The notes under the pieces: generated by a model
Database searches by the model: none
What the model was told of the DNA's origin: nothing
Seen by the model: only the letters and a program-made list of their open reading frames with translations
In this document: positions 52,745 to 63,002 of the stretch, one piece after another
How positions within the stretch are numbered: position 1 is the stretch's first letter
Layout of the letters: the number at the start of each line of letters is the position of its first letter
NCBI GenBank assembly: GCA_963720755.1
Contig: CAVRGP010000002.1
Span: 64,001 to 128,000 of the forward strand
Reading direction: 5' to 3'
From: an uncultured Chloroflexia bacterium
GTDB taxonomy: Bacteria; Chloroflexota; Limnocylindria; Limnocylindrales; CSP1-4
Length of the DNA: 64,000 nucleotides
Program-made: the position numbers and the translations under genes

Positions 52745-55042
52745 GTGACCGTGCCCGGCCCGATCGGCCGTTCCATCCCGCGGATCGACAGCGGCCCCAA
52801 AGTCACGGGCCAGGCGCGTTTCGCGGCCGACATCGATATCCGCGGGCTGTTACACGGGCGCCCGGTCCTGGCCCTGCCGGCACATGCCCGGATCGAGCGG
52901 ATCGAGACCGAGGCGGCCATGTCCACCCCGGGCGTGGTGGCCGTCCTGACCGCCGCCGACCTCCCCATCGTCACGAGCGGGACGGACCGACTGCACGAGC
53001 CGCTCGCCCGCCACGAGATCGTCTGGGCCGGCCAACCGGTCGCACTCGTGGTCGCCGAGACGCCAGAGGCCGCGGCCGATGGGGCCGCCCGGGTCGTCGT
53101 CCGGACAACGCCACTCGAACCGGTCCTCGATCTCGACGCCGCCCTGATCCCGGGTGCGCCGCGAGCCCGGATCGACCAGGAAGTCGTCGCGGCTGAGGCC
53201 TCGACCGGATCCCAGCATGCGGCCGTCGGCGGTGGAGCCGAGGAGTTCACCCCGGCCGAGGCCGTTTCGGACAACGCCCCAAAGCGCAGCGGCTACCGGC
53301 GCGGCGACGTGACCGCGGTCCTGGCCGAAAGTGACGTGATCATCGAGCGGTCGTTCTCCACCAGCTGGATCCACCAGGGATACATCGAGCCACAGGTCGC
53401 GATGGCCGAACTCGATCGCGACGGGGTCCTGCATGTCACGAGCGCGACCCAGGGCACGTTCTACACGCGATCGGAGCTGGCTCGCCTGTACGGACTCCCG
53501 ATCGCCAGGGTCCGGGTGACCGGTGCAACGATCGGCGGCGGGTTCGGCGGCAAGAATCTCGTCCTGGAGCCGCTCGTCGCGGGTGCCGTGCTCGCCCTTC
53601 GCCGGCCCGTCCGGGTCGAACTGACCCGCCTCGAGGATTTCAGGATGACCAACCCCGCGCCGTCGGTGCGGCTGGACGTCGGTATCGGCGCCATGCGCGA
53701 TGGTCGCCTGCGCGGGCTCAGGGCCCGGATCGTGACCGACACGGGGGCGTACGCGGACAACAGCATCGAGGGCATCGTCGCGATCCTGACGCTCGGCCCG
53801 TATCGATGGGACGCGCATGAGGTGGTCGCCTTCGGGGTCGAGACCAACCGGGTCGCGACCGGGGCCTACCGGGCGCCCGGCGCGCAACAGGCCTCGTTCG
53901 CGCTCGAACAGCTGCTCGACGAACTGGCCGCTGTTCTCGAGATCGACCCGATCGAACTTCGCCGCCGCAACCTCGTCGGACCCGATGACGAGATGGGCGA
54001 CGGGACGCCGTGGGGCGTGATCGGGCTCGATGCCTGCCTCGCTCGGCTCGCCGACCATCCCCTCTACCGCGATCGAGCCAGCCTTCCGGCCCACGAAGGC
54101 GTCGGACTCGCCGCAGGAGCGTGGCCGGGCAGCCGTCAACCCGCGTCGGCGATCTGCCGCCTTGAGGCCGACGGTCGGGTCACGGTCGTGACCGGGGTGG
54201 TCGACATCTCCGGGACGATGACCGGGTTCGCGACGATCGCCGCAGCGGGCCTGGGGCTCACGGCGGATGCGGTTTCCGTCGTCGCCGTCGACACCGCGTC
54301 GGCACCTCGGTCGCCGGTCAGCGGCGGAAGCGTCATCACCTATTCGGCCGGACGGGCCGTCCAGGTGGCCACCGCGGCCCTCCGCGACAAGATCCTGGCG
54401 TATGCCTCTCAGGTGCTCGAGATCGACGTCGGGGACCTCGACCTCAGCGACGGTGCCGTGCGGCCGCGAGGCAGCCCGGACCGCGGGCTCACCTTTGCCG
54501 AGATCGGCGAGCGGCTGGATGGCTGGAGTGCGGAATTCGAACCCCTCGAGGGGCACGGTGGCACCGTGCCGCCGGGCCTCGCCCCCCTCACGGCGGCCCA
54601 CCTCGTCCATCTCCGGGTCGATCCGGAGACAGGCGTCGTGAAGGTGCTGCGGTATGTCCTGGCCCAGGATGTCGGTCGGGCACTCAATCCTGCGATCATC
54701 GAGGGCCAGCTCCAGGGCGGCGCGACCCAGGGCCTGGGTTGGGCCCTGTCCGAGGCCCTGGTCCACGACGATACCGGCCAGCTGCTGACCGGCACGTTCC
54801 TCGACTACCCGCTCCGGACCGCGGCCGATATGCCCTACTTCGAGACGATCATCGTGGAAGTGCCCTCGACCGACGGCCCGTACGGGGCTCGCGGGCTCGG
54901 CGAGGGTCCGCTCTGCGGTGGCGCGGCCGCCGTGGCGAATGCGATCGCCCAAGCGATGGGCGTCCGATTCCGCTCACTCCCGATCACCGCGCCGACGATC
55001 TGGCGCGGGCTCCATGACGGCGGCGTCGCGCGGGCTGGGTGA
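52745..55042 (+). CDS. Xanthine dehydrogenase family molybdopterin-binding subunit
   Basis: KVTGQARF, GGGFGGK, AYRAPG, DVGRALNP, EGQLQGG, GARGLGE. Confidence 0.92.
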   Translation: MTVPGPIGRSIPRIDSGPKVTGQARFAADIDIRGLLHGRPVLALPAHARIERIETEAAMSTPGVVAVLTAADLPIVTSGTDRLHEPLARHEIVWAGQPVALVVAETPEAAADGAARVVVRTTPLEPVLDLDAALIPGAPRARIDQEVVAAEASTGSQHAAVGGGAEEFTPAEAVSDNAPKRSGYRRGDVTAVLAESDVIIERSFSTSWIHQGYIEPQVAMAELDRDGVLHVTSATQGTFYTRSELARLYGLPIARVRVTGATIGGGFGGKNLVLEPLVAGAVLALRRPVRVELTRLEDFRMTNPAPSVRLDVGIGAMRDGRLRGLRARIVTDTGAYADNSIEGIVAILTLGPYRWDAHEVVAFGVETNRVATGAYRAPGAQQASFALEQLLDELAAVLEIDPIELRRRNLVGPDDEMGDGTPWGVIGLDACLARLADHPLYRDRASLPAHEGVGLAAGAWPGSRQPASAICRLEADGRVTVVTGVVDISGTMTGFATIAAAGLGLTADAVSVVAVDTASAPRSPVSGGSVITYSAGRAVQVATAALRDKILAYASQVLEIDVGDLDLSDGAVRPRGSPDRGLTFAEIGERLDGWSAEFEPLEGHGGTVPPGLAPLTAAHLVHLRVDPETGVVKVLRYVLAQDVGRALNPAIIEGQLQGGATQGLGWALSEALVHDDTGQLLTGTFLDYPLRTAADMPYFETIIVEVPSTDGPYGARGLGEGPLCGGAAAVANAIAQAMGVRFRSLPITAPTIWRGLHDGGVARAG

Positions 55043-55051
55043 TCGCCCGCG

Positions 55052-56062
55052 TCAAGCCGGGTTGCGAGGCACCAGCACGACGCGCCGGTTCGGCTCCTCG
55101 CCGATCGACTGCGTCGCGACGCCCGGATGGTCGCGCAGGGACAGGTGGATCCAGCGGCGTTCGAGGGCGGACATCGGTTCAAGCTGAAGCATCTTGCCCG
55201 TCTCGACGACCCGGGCGGCCGCGCGGTCGGCGAGTTCGCGAAGCTGGCGCTCCCGCCGGCCCCGGTAATCCTCGACGTCGACGAGGACGCGGGTCCACGC
55301 TCCCATCTCCTTGGACAGCATGAGATTGACCAGGTGCTGGAGCGCCGAAAGGCGTTCCCCTTTGCGCCCGATGAGGGCGCCGAGCGCCTCCTTCTCGTCG
55401 CCGTCGGCCACGACGTTGAGACGGCTCGTCTCGCCCGTCTCGACCTCGACCCGGACGTCGAACCCGAGATGTTCCATGAGGTGCTCCAGGATCGCCTTCC
55501 CGGCGGCGAGCGCCTCGGGCGATGCTTCGGCGGCCTCCAGGTCCGCTCGTTCGGCGGCCAGTGATCCCCGGGCGGCGGCGACCTCGGCGGCTTCCGAGGC
55601 CGACAGGCCACCTTGATCGTTGGGGGCGGGTGTTCGCTCGCGGTCGTCGCGGCGGGGCGGTCGAGCGTCGCGGCGGGGCGGTCGATCCCCACGGGGCCGG
55701 TCGTCTCGGGGCCGGTCGTCACGGCGCGGCGGTCGGTCGCCTCGAGGCCGGTCGTCCCGGCGCGGCGGTCGGTCCTCGGCTGGGCGGTCGTCCGGCACAG
55801 CGTCAGGCGCGGCTGCCGGAGTCGGCGCCGACGGAGTCGCGGCCGACGAAACCGCGGCCGCGCGCCGCGGCGTGGAACCGCCGAGGGCGGAACGCGGGGC
55901 CGCCACGATGCGGGCCGATTCGGCGCCCATGCCGAGGACGCCGCGGCTACCCGGCGTGAGGATCTCGAAGTCGATGTCGTTGAGTTCTGCCCCGAACGCC
56001 TCACAGGCGAGCTTCAAGGCCTCCTCGACGGACTTGCCGGTGAACTCCTGGTATTCGCTCAT
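55052..56062 (-). CDS. jag: RNA-binding protein Jag/EloR (Jag_N-KH-R3H)
   Basis: GKSVEEA, LIGRKGERLSALQ, DVEDYR, ERRWIH, SIGEEPNR. Confidence 0.95.
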   Translation of the reverse strand: MSEYQEFTGKSVEEALKLACEAFGAELNDIDFEILTPGSRGVLGMGAESARIVAAPRSALGGSTPRRAAAVSSAATPSAPTPAAAPDAVPDDRPAEDRPPRRDDRPRGDRPPRRDDRPRDDRPRGDRPPRRDARPPRRDDRERTPAPNDQGGLSASEAAEVAAARGSLAAERADLEAAEASPEALAAGKAILEHLMEHLGFDVRVEVETGETSRLNVVADGDEKEALGALIGRKGERLSALQHLVNLMLSKEMGAWTRVLVDVEDYRGRRERQLRELADRAAARVVETGKMLQLEPMSALERRWIHLSLRDHPGVATQSIGEEPNRRVVLVPRNPA

Positions 56063-56063
56063 A

Positions 56064-57257
56064 TCAGCGTCGTCTCCCTCGTCGGCCCTGACGGCCCCGT
56101 TCACGGGGGCGGATCGTCGAAGCGGCCGTGGTCTTCTTGTCGGCGTCGGTCAGGATGGCCGCACGCTTTCCTGGCTCTGGTGGTGGAGGCATGGTCACAG
56201 GGAATCTGGGGGTGTGGTCCTGCGCGAAGGCTGGCGTTCGCCCGAAGAGCGGGAACATCCCGCCCCAGCCGACGATCAGGTATTGCTGGGCGATCGAGAA
56301 GATCGTCGCCGTGATCCAGTAGATGAACAACCCGGCCGGCAGGAACCCGCCATAGAAGATCGAGATGAGCGGGAGGAACAACATCGTCTGGCGCTGGATC
56401 TTGGTGTTCGGGTCGTCGTCCTCGGGTCGGGTCTTGGGCAACATCATCCTCGACTGGACGAGTTGCAGGCCGGCCGAGGCGATCGCCAGGACGCTGATCC
56501 CGAGGACGAAGCCGCCGATGGGGATGTCGAAGATCGTCGACGGCTTGCCGACGTTGATCGTGAAGTTGCCGATCGAGATGACCGTGTCGATGCACGGGCC
56601 CAGCGCCGCATCGGGCATGCCGGTCGCGGGGTTGATGTTGTTGCATGTCAGGGGAACGACCTGGTGACCGAAGAACTGGAGCATCGCCGATGGGTCGACG
56701 TTGGTCAGTCCGTTCTGGATGACCGAATACATGATGAACAGCAGGGGCATCTGGAGCAGGAGCGGCAGGCAGCCCGCCAATGGGCTGATCCCGCGTTCCT
56801 TGAACAGTTCCTGCTGGGCCGCCCTGGCCTTCATCGCGTCGCCCTTGTAGCGGCGCTGGATCTCCTTCACCTCCGGCTGGAGCATCTGGGTCCGGCGTTG
56901 CGACACGAGCTGGCGTCGGTACAGCGGGATCACCGCCGACCGGACCACGAGCGTCAGCACGACGATCGCCCAGCCGATCGCCGCGGGGAACCCGATCGCG
57001 CTCAGGATGTCGTAGACCCCGACCAGGATGATCAGCATGACCTGGAAGATCGGGCTGAAGATCCAGGCCAGGAAGCTGATCGGATCGGCGCCGGGCTGTG
57101 CCGGAGTCAGGGGCGGGTGGGGCGTCGGCGACGGCGCCGGCGAGCCGGATGCGCCAGGGACGGTCCCCGGAGCGGCGCAGGCTGCGACGACCAGGACGAT
57201 GAGGACGAGCAGCGCGATGAGGCCGATCCGGTCCCAGCGAAGCCGAGGGAATGTCAC
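56064..57257 (-). CDS. yidC: Membrane protein insertase YidC (lipoprotein-type)
   Basis: Lipobox VVAA-C, LQPEVKEIQ, GCLPLLLQMP, GLFIYW, QQY. Confidence 0.96.
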   Translation of the reverse strand: MTFPRLRWDRIGLIALLVLIVLVVAACAAPGTVPGASGSPAPSPTPHPPLTPAQPGADPISFLAWIFSPIFQVMLIILVGVYDILSAIGFPAAIGWAIVVLTLVVRSAVIPLYRRQLVSQRRTQMLQPEVKEIQRRYKGDAMKARAAQQELFKERGISPLAGCLPLLLQMPLLFIMYSVIQNGLTNVDPSAMLQFFGHQVVPLTCNNINPATGMPDAALGPCIDTVISIGNFTINVGKPSTIFDIPIGGFVLGISVLAIASAGLQLVQSRMMLPKTRPEDDDPNTKIQRQTMLFLPLISIFYGGFLPAGLFIYWITATIFSIAQQYLIVGWGGMFPLFGRTPAFAQDHTPRFPVTMPPPPEPGKRAAILTDADKKTTAASTIRPRERGRQGRRGRRR

Positions 57258-57272
57258 AGGCCTGGCGCCTCG

Positions 57273-57479
57273 CTAGCGGACCGGGTCATAGCCGCTCCCG
57301 CCCCACGGGTGACATCGAGCGATCCTTCGGGCACCCATCCAGCTCCCCTTCAGGAGACCGTACTTGTCGATCGCCTGCTCCGTGTAATGCGAGCAGGTCG
57401 GTTCATATCGACAACTGGATGGCATCCAGGCGAAGACGATGCGGTAGAGCTTGATCGCCCCGATCCCGATGCGCTTCAC
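57273..57479 (-). CDS. yidD: Membrane protein insertion efficiency factor
   Basis: CRYEPTCSHY, RIARCHPW, GYDPV. Confidence 0.95.
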   Translation of the reverse strand: MKRIGIGAIKLYRIVFAWMPSSCRYEPTCSHYTEQAIDKYGLLKGSWMGARRIARCHPWGGSGYDPVR

Positions 57480-57808
57480 CGCGTGGGCCCTCCGAGTGCG
57501 CCGCCCTTCGCGAGGGTCCGACGCAGAACTCCGATGAGTGTGTCCAGGTCGGCTTCGACGATCGCCGGCCGAGCGATGATGAGGACGTCCCAGCCCGGCT
57601 GGAACGAGGGCGCCATCACCCTGAGTGCCTCGCGGAGCCGGCGACGGACACGATTGCGAACCACCGCCCCGCCGAGCGCTCGGCCGGTCGACAGCCCGAA
57701 TCGGGTCGTCTCGAGATCGGTCCGCCGGAACCGGGCGGTGAGGAGAGGATGGGACCTGGAGGTCCCGCCCGCCGTGAACGCCGCGAAATCCTGCGGTCGG
57801 GAGAGCAT
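57476..57808 (-). CDS. rnpA: Ribonuclease P protein component
   Basis: RFGLS, GAVVRNRVRRRLRE; start uncertain. Confidence 0.93.
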   Translation of the reverse strand: MLSRPQDFAAFTAGGTSRSHPLLTARFRRTDLETTRFGLSTGRALGGAVVRNRVRRRLREALRVMAPSFQPGWDVLIIARPAIVEADLDTLIGVLRRTLAKGGALGGPTR

Positions 57809-57843
57809 CACGAGCCGCGGCGTGTTCGTGCCGCGTCCGACGG

Positions 57844-57978
57844 TCAGGCTGTCAGCCGCTTCCGACCACGAGCGCGGCGGGTCGCCAGGATGCGCCGGCC
57901 GCCGGCCGTCCTCATCCGGGCTCGGAAGCCGTGCTCTTTGGCGCGGTGTCGCTTCTTTGGCTGATAGGTCTGCTTCAT
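57844..57978 (-). CDS. rpmH: 50S ribosomal protein L34 (below ORF-track cutoff)
   Basis: [44 protein letters not shown]. Confidence 0.97.
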   Translation of the reverse strand: MKQTYQPKKRHRAKEHGFRARMRTAGGRRILATRRARGRKRLTA

Positions 57979-58092
57979 CGGGGCTGTCCGGGATCCTCTC
58001 CATCCGGCCTCGGGGACGGTCTGTCACTACCCCCTGAAGGCACACGAACGCGCCTGGCACTCGAAAGCGCACGGCGCGTCGTCGTCGGGCGG

Positions 58093-58122
58093 ATGATAGG
58101 CCGCCGCCGAGAGGAGTGTCAA
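58093..58122 (-). promoter_or_regulatory. rpmH operon promoter
   Basis: TTGACA-N18-TATCAT on minus strand. Confidence 0.78.
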
Positions 58123-58210
58123 ACGAGCCGACCGGATCGGCCCGTTCGTCGACGACCGCCGCGCCGTCGGTCCGTGGCTGGATACTCCCCCAGAGTATCA
58201 CCGGATCGCC

Positions 58211-58240
58211 TTGCAGCGGCCCTCCGCCCGGTGCTATCCT
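58211..58240 (+). promoter_or_regulatory. dnaA promoter candidate
   Basis: TTGCAG-N18-TATCCT with extended TG. Confidence 0.6.
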
Positions 58241-58431
58241 CTCCGAGCCCCCGGCGCCGGAGACGTACGCGGGAGTCCCGTGAAAGCCCGTGGACGGCTC
58301 GATCGGGTCCATATCGACCGGTGCCACGACGACACGTTTCTGCTGATGCGCGCGACCCTTGGCCTCGATCCCAGTCCTTGGCCGACGCTACCCATCTACC
58401 GACGAAACCATACGTAGGATCCCATCGACGA

Positions 58432-59841
58432 ATGGACGCAAAGCAAGTCTGGCGAGCCGCCCTCGGAGAACTCCAGGTGTCGCTCTCTCCGGCCAATTTC
58501 GAGACCTGGTTGCGCGACACGCAGCTGGTGGACGTCGATGACCAACGTTTCCGGATCTCGGTCCCGAATGGCTTCGCCAAGGACTGGCTCGAGTCCCGAT
58601 ATCGGTCGCTGATCAGCCAGACCCTGGCCCGGATCGTCGGGTACAGCGTCCAGGTGGAGTTCGTCGTCGGACCCGGGACCGCTGACTCGGACGAAGCGCC
58701 AGGGGACGCCGGGGCGATCGGTCCCGAGGTCGGCAGCGACGCACGGAGCGCGACCGCCCGGGAGGAGCGCCGGCACGTTCGGGTGGAGCCCGGTCGGGTC
58801 GGCGGAGAAGGCGGGGCGACCTTCATCAATCCTCGATACACGTTCGCCAACTTCATCGTGGGGTCGGCCAACCGACTCGCCCATGCGGCCAGCCTGTCGG
58901 TCGCGGAGCGGCCCGGCCACGCCTATAACCCGCTGTTCCTGTACGGCGGGGTCGGACTCGGCAAGACGCACCTGATGCATGCGATCGGGAACCAGGTGAT
59001 CGCCAAGTTCCCCCGCAAGCGTGTGGTCTACGCGACGAGCGAGAAGTTCACGAACGAGTTCATCGCTTCGATCCAGCAGGGCAAGATCGATGAATTCCGG
59101 GCCCGCTACCGGCGGATCGACCTGCTCCTCATCGACGACATCCAGTTCATCGCCGACAAGGAGCGGACCCAGGAGGAGTTCTTTCACACGTTCAACGCGA
59201 TCCACGAGGACGGCAAGCAGATCGTCCTGTCGTCGGATCGGCCACCGAAGGCGATCCTGACCCTTGAAGAGCGCCTGCGCAGCCGGTTCGAGTGGGGCCT
59301 CATCGCGGACCTGACCGCGCCGGACCTCGAGACCCGCATCGCCATCCTGCGGGCCAAGGCGGAAGAGGGCGCGGTCCCGATCACCTCGGATGTGATCGAG
59401 TTCATCGCTCGCAAGGTCGTCAGCAACATCCGGGAGCTCGAGGGCGCACTCAACCGGATCGTCGCCTACGCGAGCATGGGCGCGATGCCGATCAGCATCG
59501 AACTCGCCCAGGCCGTCCTCTCGAACGTCCTGTACAACCCGAAGAAGCGCCAGGTGACGCCGGAGCGGATCGCCCGGGTCGTGTCGGATTACTACTCCGT
59601 CCCGATGGACGTCCTGCAGGGCCAGAAGCGCGACAAGGCCATCGTCGTGCCGCGCCAGATCGCGATGTTCCTGATGCGCGAGGAGACAGACGTCTCACTG
59701 CTCCGGATCGGCGCCGAATTGGGCGGCCGCGATCACTCGACGGTCCTCCATGCGTGCGACAAGATCAACCGCGAAGTCGCCGTCAACGACGAGTTGCGGC
59801 GGGAGATCGCCGCCGTCCGTGAGTTGATCTACGCCGACTGA
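58432..59841 (+). CDS. dnaA: Chromosomal replication initiator DnaA
   Basis: YNPLFLYGGVGLGKTHL, LLIDDIQF, RLRSRF, NIRELEGAL, GGRDHSTV. Confidence 0.98.
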   Translation: MDAKQVWRAALGELQVSLSPANFETWLRDTQLVDVDDQRFRISVPNGFAKDWLESRYRSLISQTLARIVGYSVQVEFVVGPGTADSDEAPGDAGAIGPEVGSDARSATAREERRHVRVEPGRVGGEGGATFINPRYTFANFIVGSANRLAHAASLSVAERPGHAYNPLFLYGGVGLGKTHLMHAIGNQVIAKFPRKRVVYATSEKFTNEFIASIQQGKIDEFRARYRRIDLLLIDDIQFIADKERTQEEFFHTFNAIHEDGKQIVLSSDRPPKAILTLEERLRSRFEWGLIADLTAPDLETRIAILRAKAEEGAVPITSDVIEFIARKVVSNIRELEGALNRIVAYASMGAMPISIELAQAVLSNVLYNPKKRQVTPERIARVVSDYYSVPMDVLQGQKRDKAIVVPRQIAMFLMREETDVSLLRIGAELGGRDHSTVLHACDKINREVAVNDELRREIAAVRELIYAD

Positions 59842-60200
59842 CCTTCTCCATCGGGATCGCCGGCCGAGCGCGGCCGTGGATCACAGCCCGAGTGCGGTGG
59901 ACAACCCCCTCGATCCGTGGACATCTCGGGCCATCGTCGTCGATGACCGCCGTCCCGGGTGTGGACCCGCGCCGCAAGTCCGGGGTCGCGTGTGGGTCAG
60001 GCCCGCAGTCATCCACCGTGACCACACCGACCGTCCGCATGACGGGCGGCTGCCATCCACCGATCCGGCCCGGTCATCCACCTCGTCGCTGAACGGGGTC
60101 GAGCACGACCATCCACATCGCCAACACCATTACTACGATGACGACGGGATGAGATGATAGGGAGAAGATACCCACCTACCAGCGGATCGCGACCCCGCGA
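59842..60200. other. Putative oriC (DnaA-box cluster plus DnaA-trios)
   Basis: Nine degenerate CCAC-core boxes 59875-60117, then NAN x8 tract 60122-60145, between dnaA and dnaN. Confidence 0.8.
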
Positions 60201-60221
60201 ACGATGTGGAGTGAGCCCAAC

Positions 60222-61340
60222 GTGAAACTATCGGTCATGCAAGAGAACCTGGCGCGCGGCCTGTCGGTCGTGAGTCGCGCCGTTTCGAATCGGAGCACCC
60301 TGCCCGTCCTGGCAAACGTCCTTCTGAAGACGGAGGACGCAGGCCTCAAACTGACGGCGACGAACCTCGAGATCGGCCTCACCTACTGGGTCCCGGGCAA
60401 GATCGAGACGGACGGAGCAACGACGGTGCCGGCCAAGCTGCTGACCGACCTGGTCAACTCATTGCCTGCCGGCGACCGGGTCGACCTTGAGCTCCAGGCC
60501 AACGACACCCTGCATCTCCGCTGCGGACGCTTCGAAACCAACGTCAAGGGCATCGATGCCGACGAATTCCCGGCCATCGGCGCCGCTGGTGAGCGTCCAA
60601 CGACCCGGATCGCCCAGAACGTCCTGCGCAGGGCGCTGACCGAGACCGCGTTCGCCGCGGCCAGCGACGAGGCGCGGCCCATCCTGACCGGCGTGCTCGC
60701 ACGGTTCGAGGGCGATCGACTCACCCTCGCCGCAGCCGACAACTACCGGATCGCGGTCAAGACCATCCCGGTCCTCGATGCGGTCCCCGAGACCAGCGTC
60801 GTCATCCCTGCACGTGCTCTCAATGAGTTGATCCGGATCCTGTCGGATGTCGAGGACCCGGTCGACGTCGTGCTGACCGGGGGCCGGAATCAGATCGTCT
60901 TCCATCTCGACGGGATCGACCTGGTCAGCCGGCTCATCGACGGTCAGTTCCCGAACTACCAACAGGTCGTCCCCCAGAACCACACGACCCGGGCCGTGCT
61001 CGACCGCGAGGAGCTGCTTCGGGCTGTCCGGCCGGCGGCGCTGATCGCCCATGAGTCGGCGAACATCGTCAAGCTCCAGGTCAGTGCCGACGGAGAACCC
61101 GGTATCACCGTGAGCGCCAACGCGGAGGTCGGTGACCTCGTCGGCCAGGTCGAGGCAGCCGTCGAGGGGGACGGAACGACCATCGCCTTCAACGCCCGCT
61201 ACCTTGCCGACGTCCTGACGAACGTCACCGCCGAAAGCTTTGCCCTCGAACTCAACGGTCCGCTGTCGCCTGGTGTGTTCAAGCCTCTCGGCGACGACCA
61301 GTACATCCACGTGGTCATGCCCGTCCGGACCACGTCCTAG
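60222..61340 (+). CDS. dnaN: DNA polymerase III beta clamp
   Basis: LPVLANVLL, ATNLEIG, RPILTG, SRLIDGQFPNY, VVMPVR. Confidence 0.97.
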   Translation: MKLSVMQENLARGLSVVSRAVSNRSTLPVLANVLLKTEDAGLKLTATNLEIGLTYWVPGKIETDGATTVPAKLLTDLVNSLPAGDRVDLELQANDTLHLRCGRFETNVKGIDADEFPAIGAAGERPTTRIAQNVLRRALTETAFAAASDEARPILTGVLARFEGDRLTLAAADNYRIAVKTIPVLDAVPETSVVIPARALNELIRILSDVEDPVDVVLTGGRNQIVFHLDGIDLVSRLIDGQFPNYQQVVPQNHTTRAVLDREELLRAVRPAALIAHESANIVKLQVSADGEPGITVSANAEVGDLVGQVEAAVEGDGTTIAFNARYLADVLTNVTAESFALELNGPLSPGVFKPLGDDQYIHVVMPVRTTS

Positions 61341-61378
61341 CCCGCCTATCCGGAGGCCCGCCCCGGGTCCGCCCGTGG

Positions 61379-62530
61379 ATGGGAGTGACCCTGCTCGAGA
61401 CGATCAGCCTGCTCGATGTCCGGGGCTACGCGTCACTCGACGCGACGTTCAGGGCTGGACCGCACCTCATCTGGGGCCCGAATGCCGCCGGCAAGACGAG
61501 CCTCCTTGAGGCGATGGTCATGCTCGCCTGGGGACGGTCGCACCGGACGAGCTCGGATGGCGAAGTGATCCGGTGGGGCACGGACCTCGCCAGGATCGAG
61601 GGGGTCACCGGTCGGGACACCATCGAGTTGGCCGTGGTGCGCGCCGGTGCCGGCGGCTCGGCCGGCCGCAAACGGATCAGGGTCAACGGGCTCGGGCGGC
61701 GGACGACCGGGCTCGCGGGGCTGCTCCGGGTCGTGATCTTCGCACCGGAAGAGATGCTCCTCATCGTCGGCTCGCCGTCGTTGCGGCGGGCCGTCATCGA
61801 CCGGATCGCATCGGCCGGATCACCTGCGTACGTTGACGCGCTCGCGACCTATGGCCGGACGCTCCAGCAGCGCAACAGCCTGCTTCGCGCCATCCGTGAG
61901 GAGGGGGCGTCGCGCTCGGAACTGCGGTTCTGGGACAGCGCCCTCCTGGACTCGGGCGGGTCGATCGTCGCCGAACGCCTCCGGATCCTCGAGCTGATGG
62001 CCGGGCCCCTGGCAGCGGCGCACGCGGAGATCGCGCCGGACGAGGCCGCAACCGCTGCGCTGACCCTTCGCTATGAGACGAATGCACCCGCGATGCCGGG
62101 AGAATCCTCGCGCGACGCCCTGGCTCGACGGTTGGCCGACACTGCCGACAAGGAGATCTGGAACGGGTCCACCCTCGTCGGACCGCACCGGGACGACCTC
62201 GTCTTCGAGCTGGCCGGCCGGGACCTGAGCACCTTCGCATCACGGGGGCAGCAACGGACGGCCATCCTGGCCCTGAAGCTGGCCGAACTCGATGTCGTCA
62301 CCGCGCTCGATGGGCGGCCGCCGTTGCTCCTGCTCGACGACGTCTTCTCGGAACTTGACCCGGAGCGACGGGCCCACCTCGTCCGACGGATCGCCGCCCT
62401 GCCCCAGTCGTTCGTCACGACGACGACGCTCGACGATCTCGACCCGACGCTGCGGGCGATCGCGACCAGCTGGGAGGTCCGGGTCGGCTCCGCCGGGGCC
62501 GAGCTCGTCGGCGGCGGGACACCGGGCTGA
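61379..62530 (+). CDS. recF: DNA replication/repair protein RecF
   Basis: GPNAAGKTSLLEA, GPHRDDL, SRGQQR, LLLLDDVFSELD. Confidence 0.96.
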   Translation: MGVTLLETISLLDVRGYASLDATFRAGPHLIWGPNAAGKTSLLEAMVMLAWGRSHRTSSDGEVIRWGTDLARIEGVTGRDTIELAVVRAGAGGSAGRKRIRVNGLGRRTTGLAGLLRVVIFAPEEMLLIVGSPSLRRAVIDRIASAGSPAYVDALATYGRTLQQRNSLLRAIREEGASRSELRFWDSALLDSGGSIVAERLRILELMAGPLAAAHAEIAPDEAATAALTLRYETNAPAMPGESSRDALARRLADTADKEIWNGSTLVGPHRDDLVFELAGRDLSTFASRGQQRTAILALKLAELDVVTALDGRPPLLLLDDVFSELDPERRAHLVRRIAALPQSFVTTTTLDDLDPTLRAIATSWEVRVGSAGAELVGGGTPG

Positions 62531-62862
62531 TGAGCCCGCAGCGTCGTCGTCCGATGGTCAGGATCGGCGATCTGATCCCGGACGCGGCCCGAGCCCTGGG
62601 CCTGGAAGAAGAGCTGCGCCTGTCCAGGGCGATCGCGACGTTCGAAGCCCTCGTTGCGGAACGGGTCCCGGCGGCGACCGGTGCGTGCCGGGTCGTCAGC
62701 CTCAAGGGATTCACCCTCGATGTCGAGGCCGACCAGCCGATCGTCGCCCAGGAACTTCGCCTGCGGTCGACCGAGTTGCTGGCCGCCTTCGCCGCCGCCC
62801 CGGGCGGCGTCGGCGCACGCGAACTGCGCGTACACGTGCGGCGCGGGGGTCCCCGCGTATAA
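62530..62862 (+). CDS. DciA/DUF721-family protein
   Basis: Position after recF; LDVEADQPIVAQELRL resembles DUF721 motif. Confidence 0.75.
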   Translation: MSPQRRRPMVRIGDLIPDAARALGLEEELRLSRAIATFEALVAERVPAATGACRVVSLKGFTLDVEADQPIVAQELRLRSTELLAAFAAAPGGVGARELRVHVRRGGPRV

Positions 62863-63002
62863 TCCCCGTCACCTGCCAGCCAACCCGAGGCGACCGAACC
62901 GGACGAGCCGCACTGACAGCCCAGGGCGACGCTCGGAATGGACCTTACCGCCCGCCCCCGCAGCCCCTCCACGGTGGGGCCGCCTGATCACGAGAGGCCC
63001 GG

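Noticed and set aside
47627-55042. Integrative element inserted at the tmRNA 3' end
   Set aside because: No integrase, and I found no duplicate of the ssrA 3' end by eye
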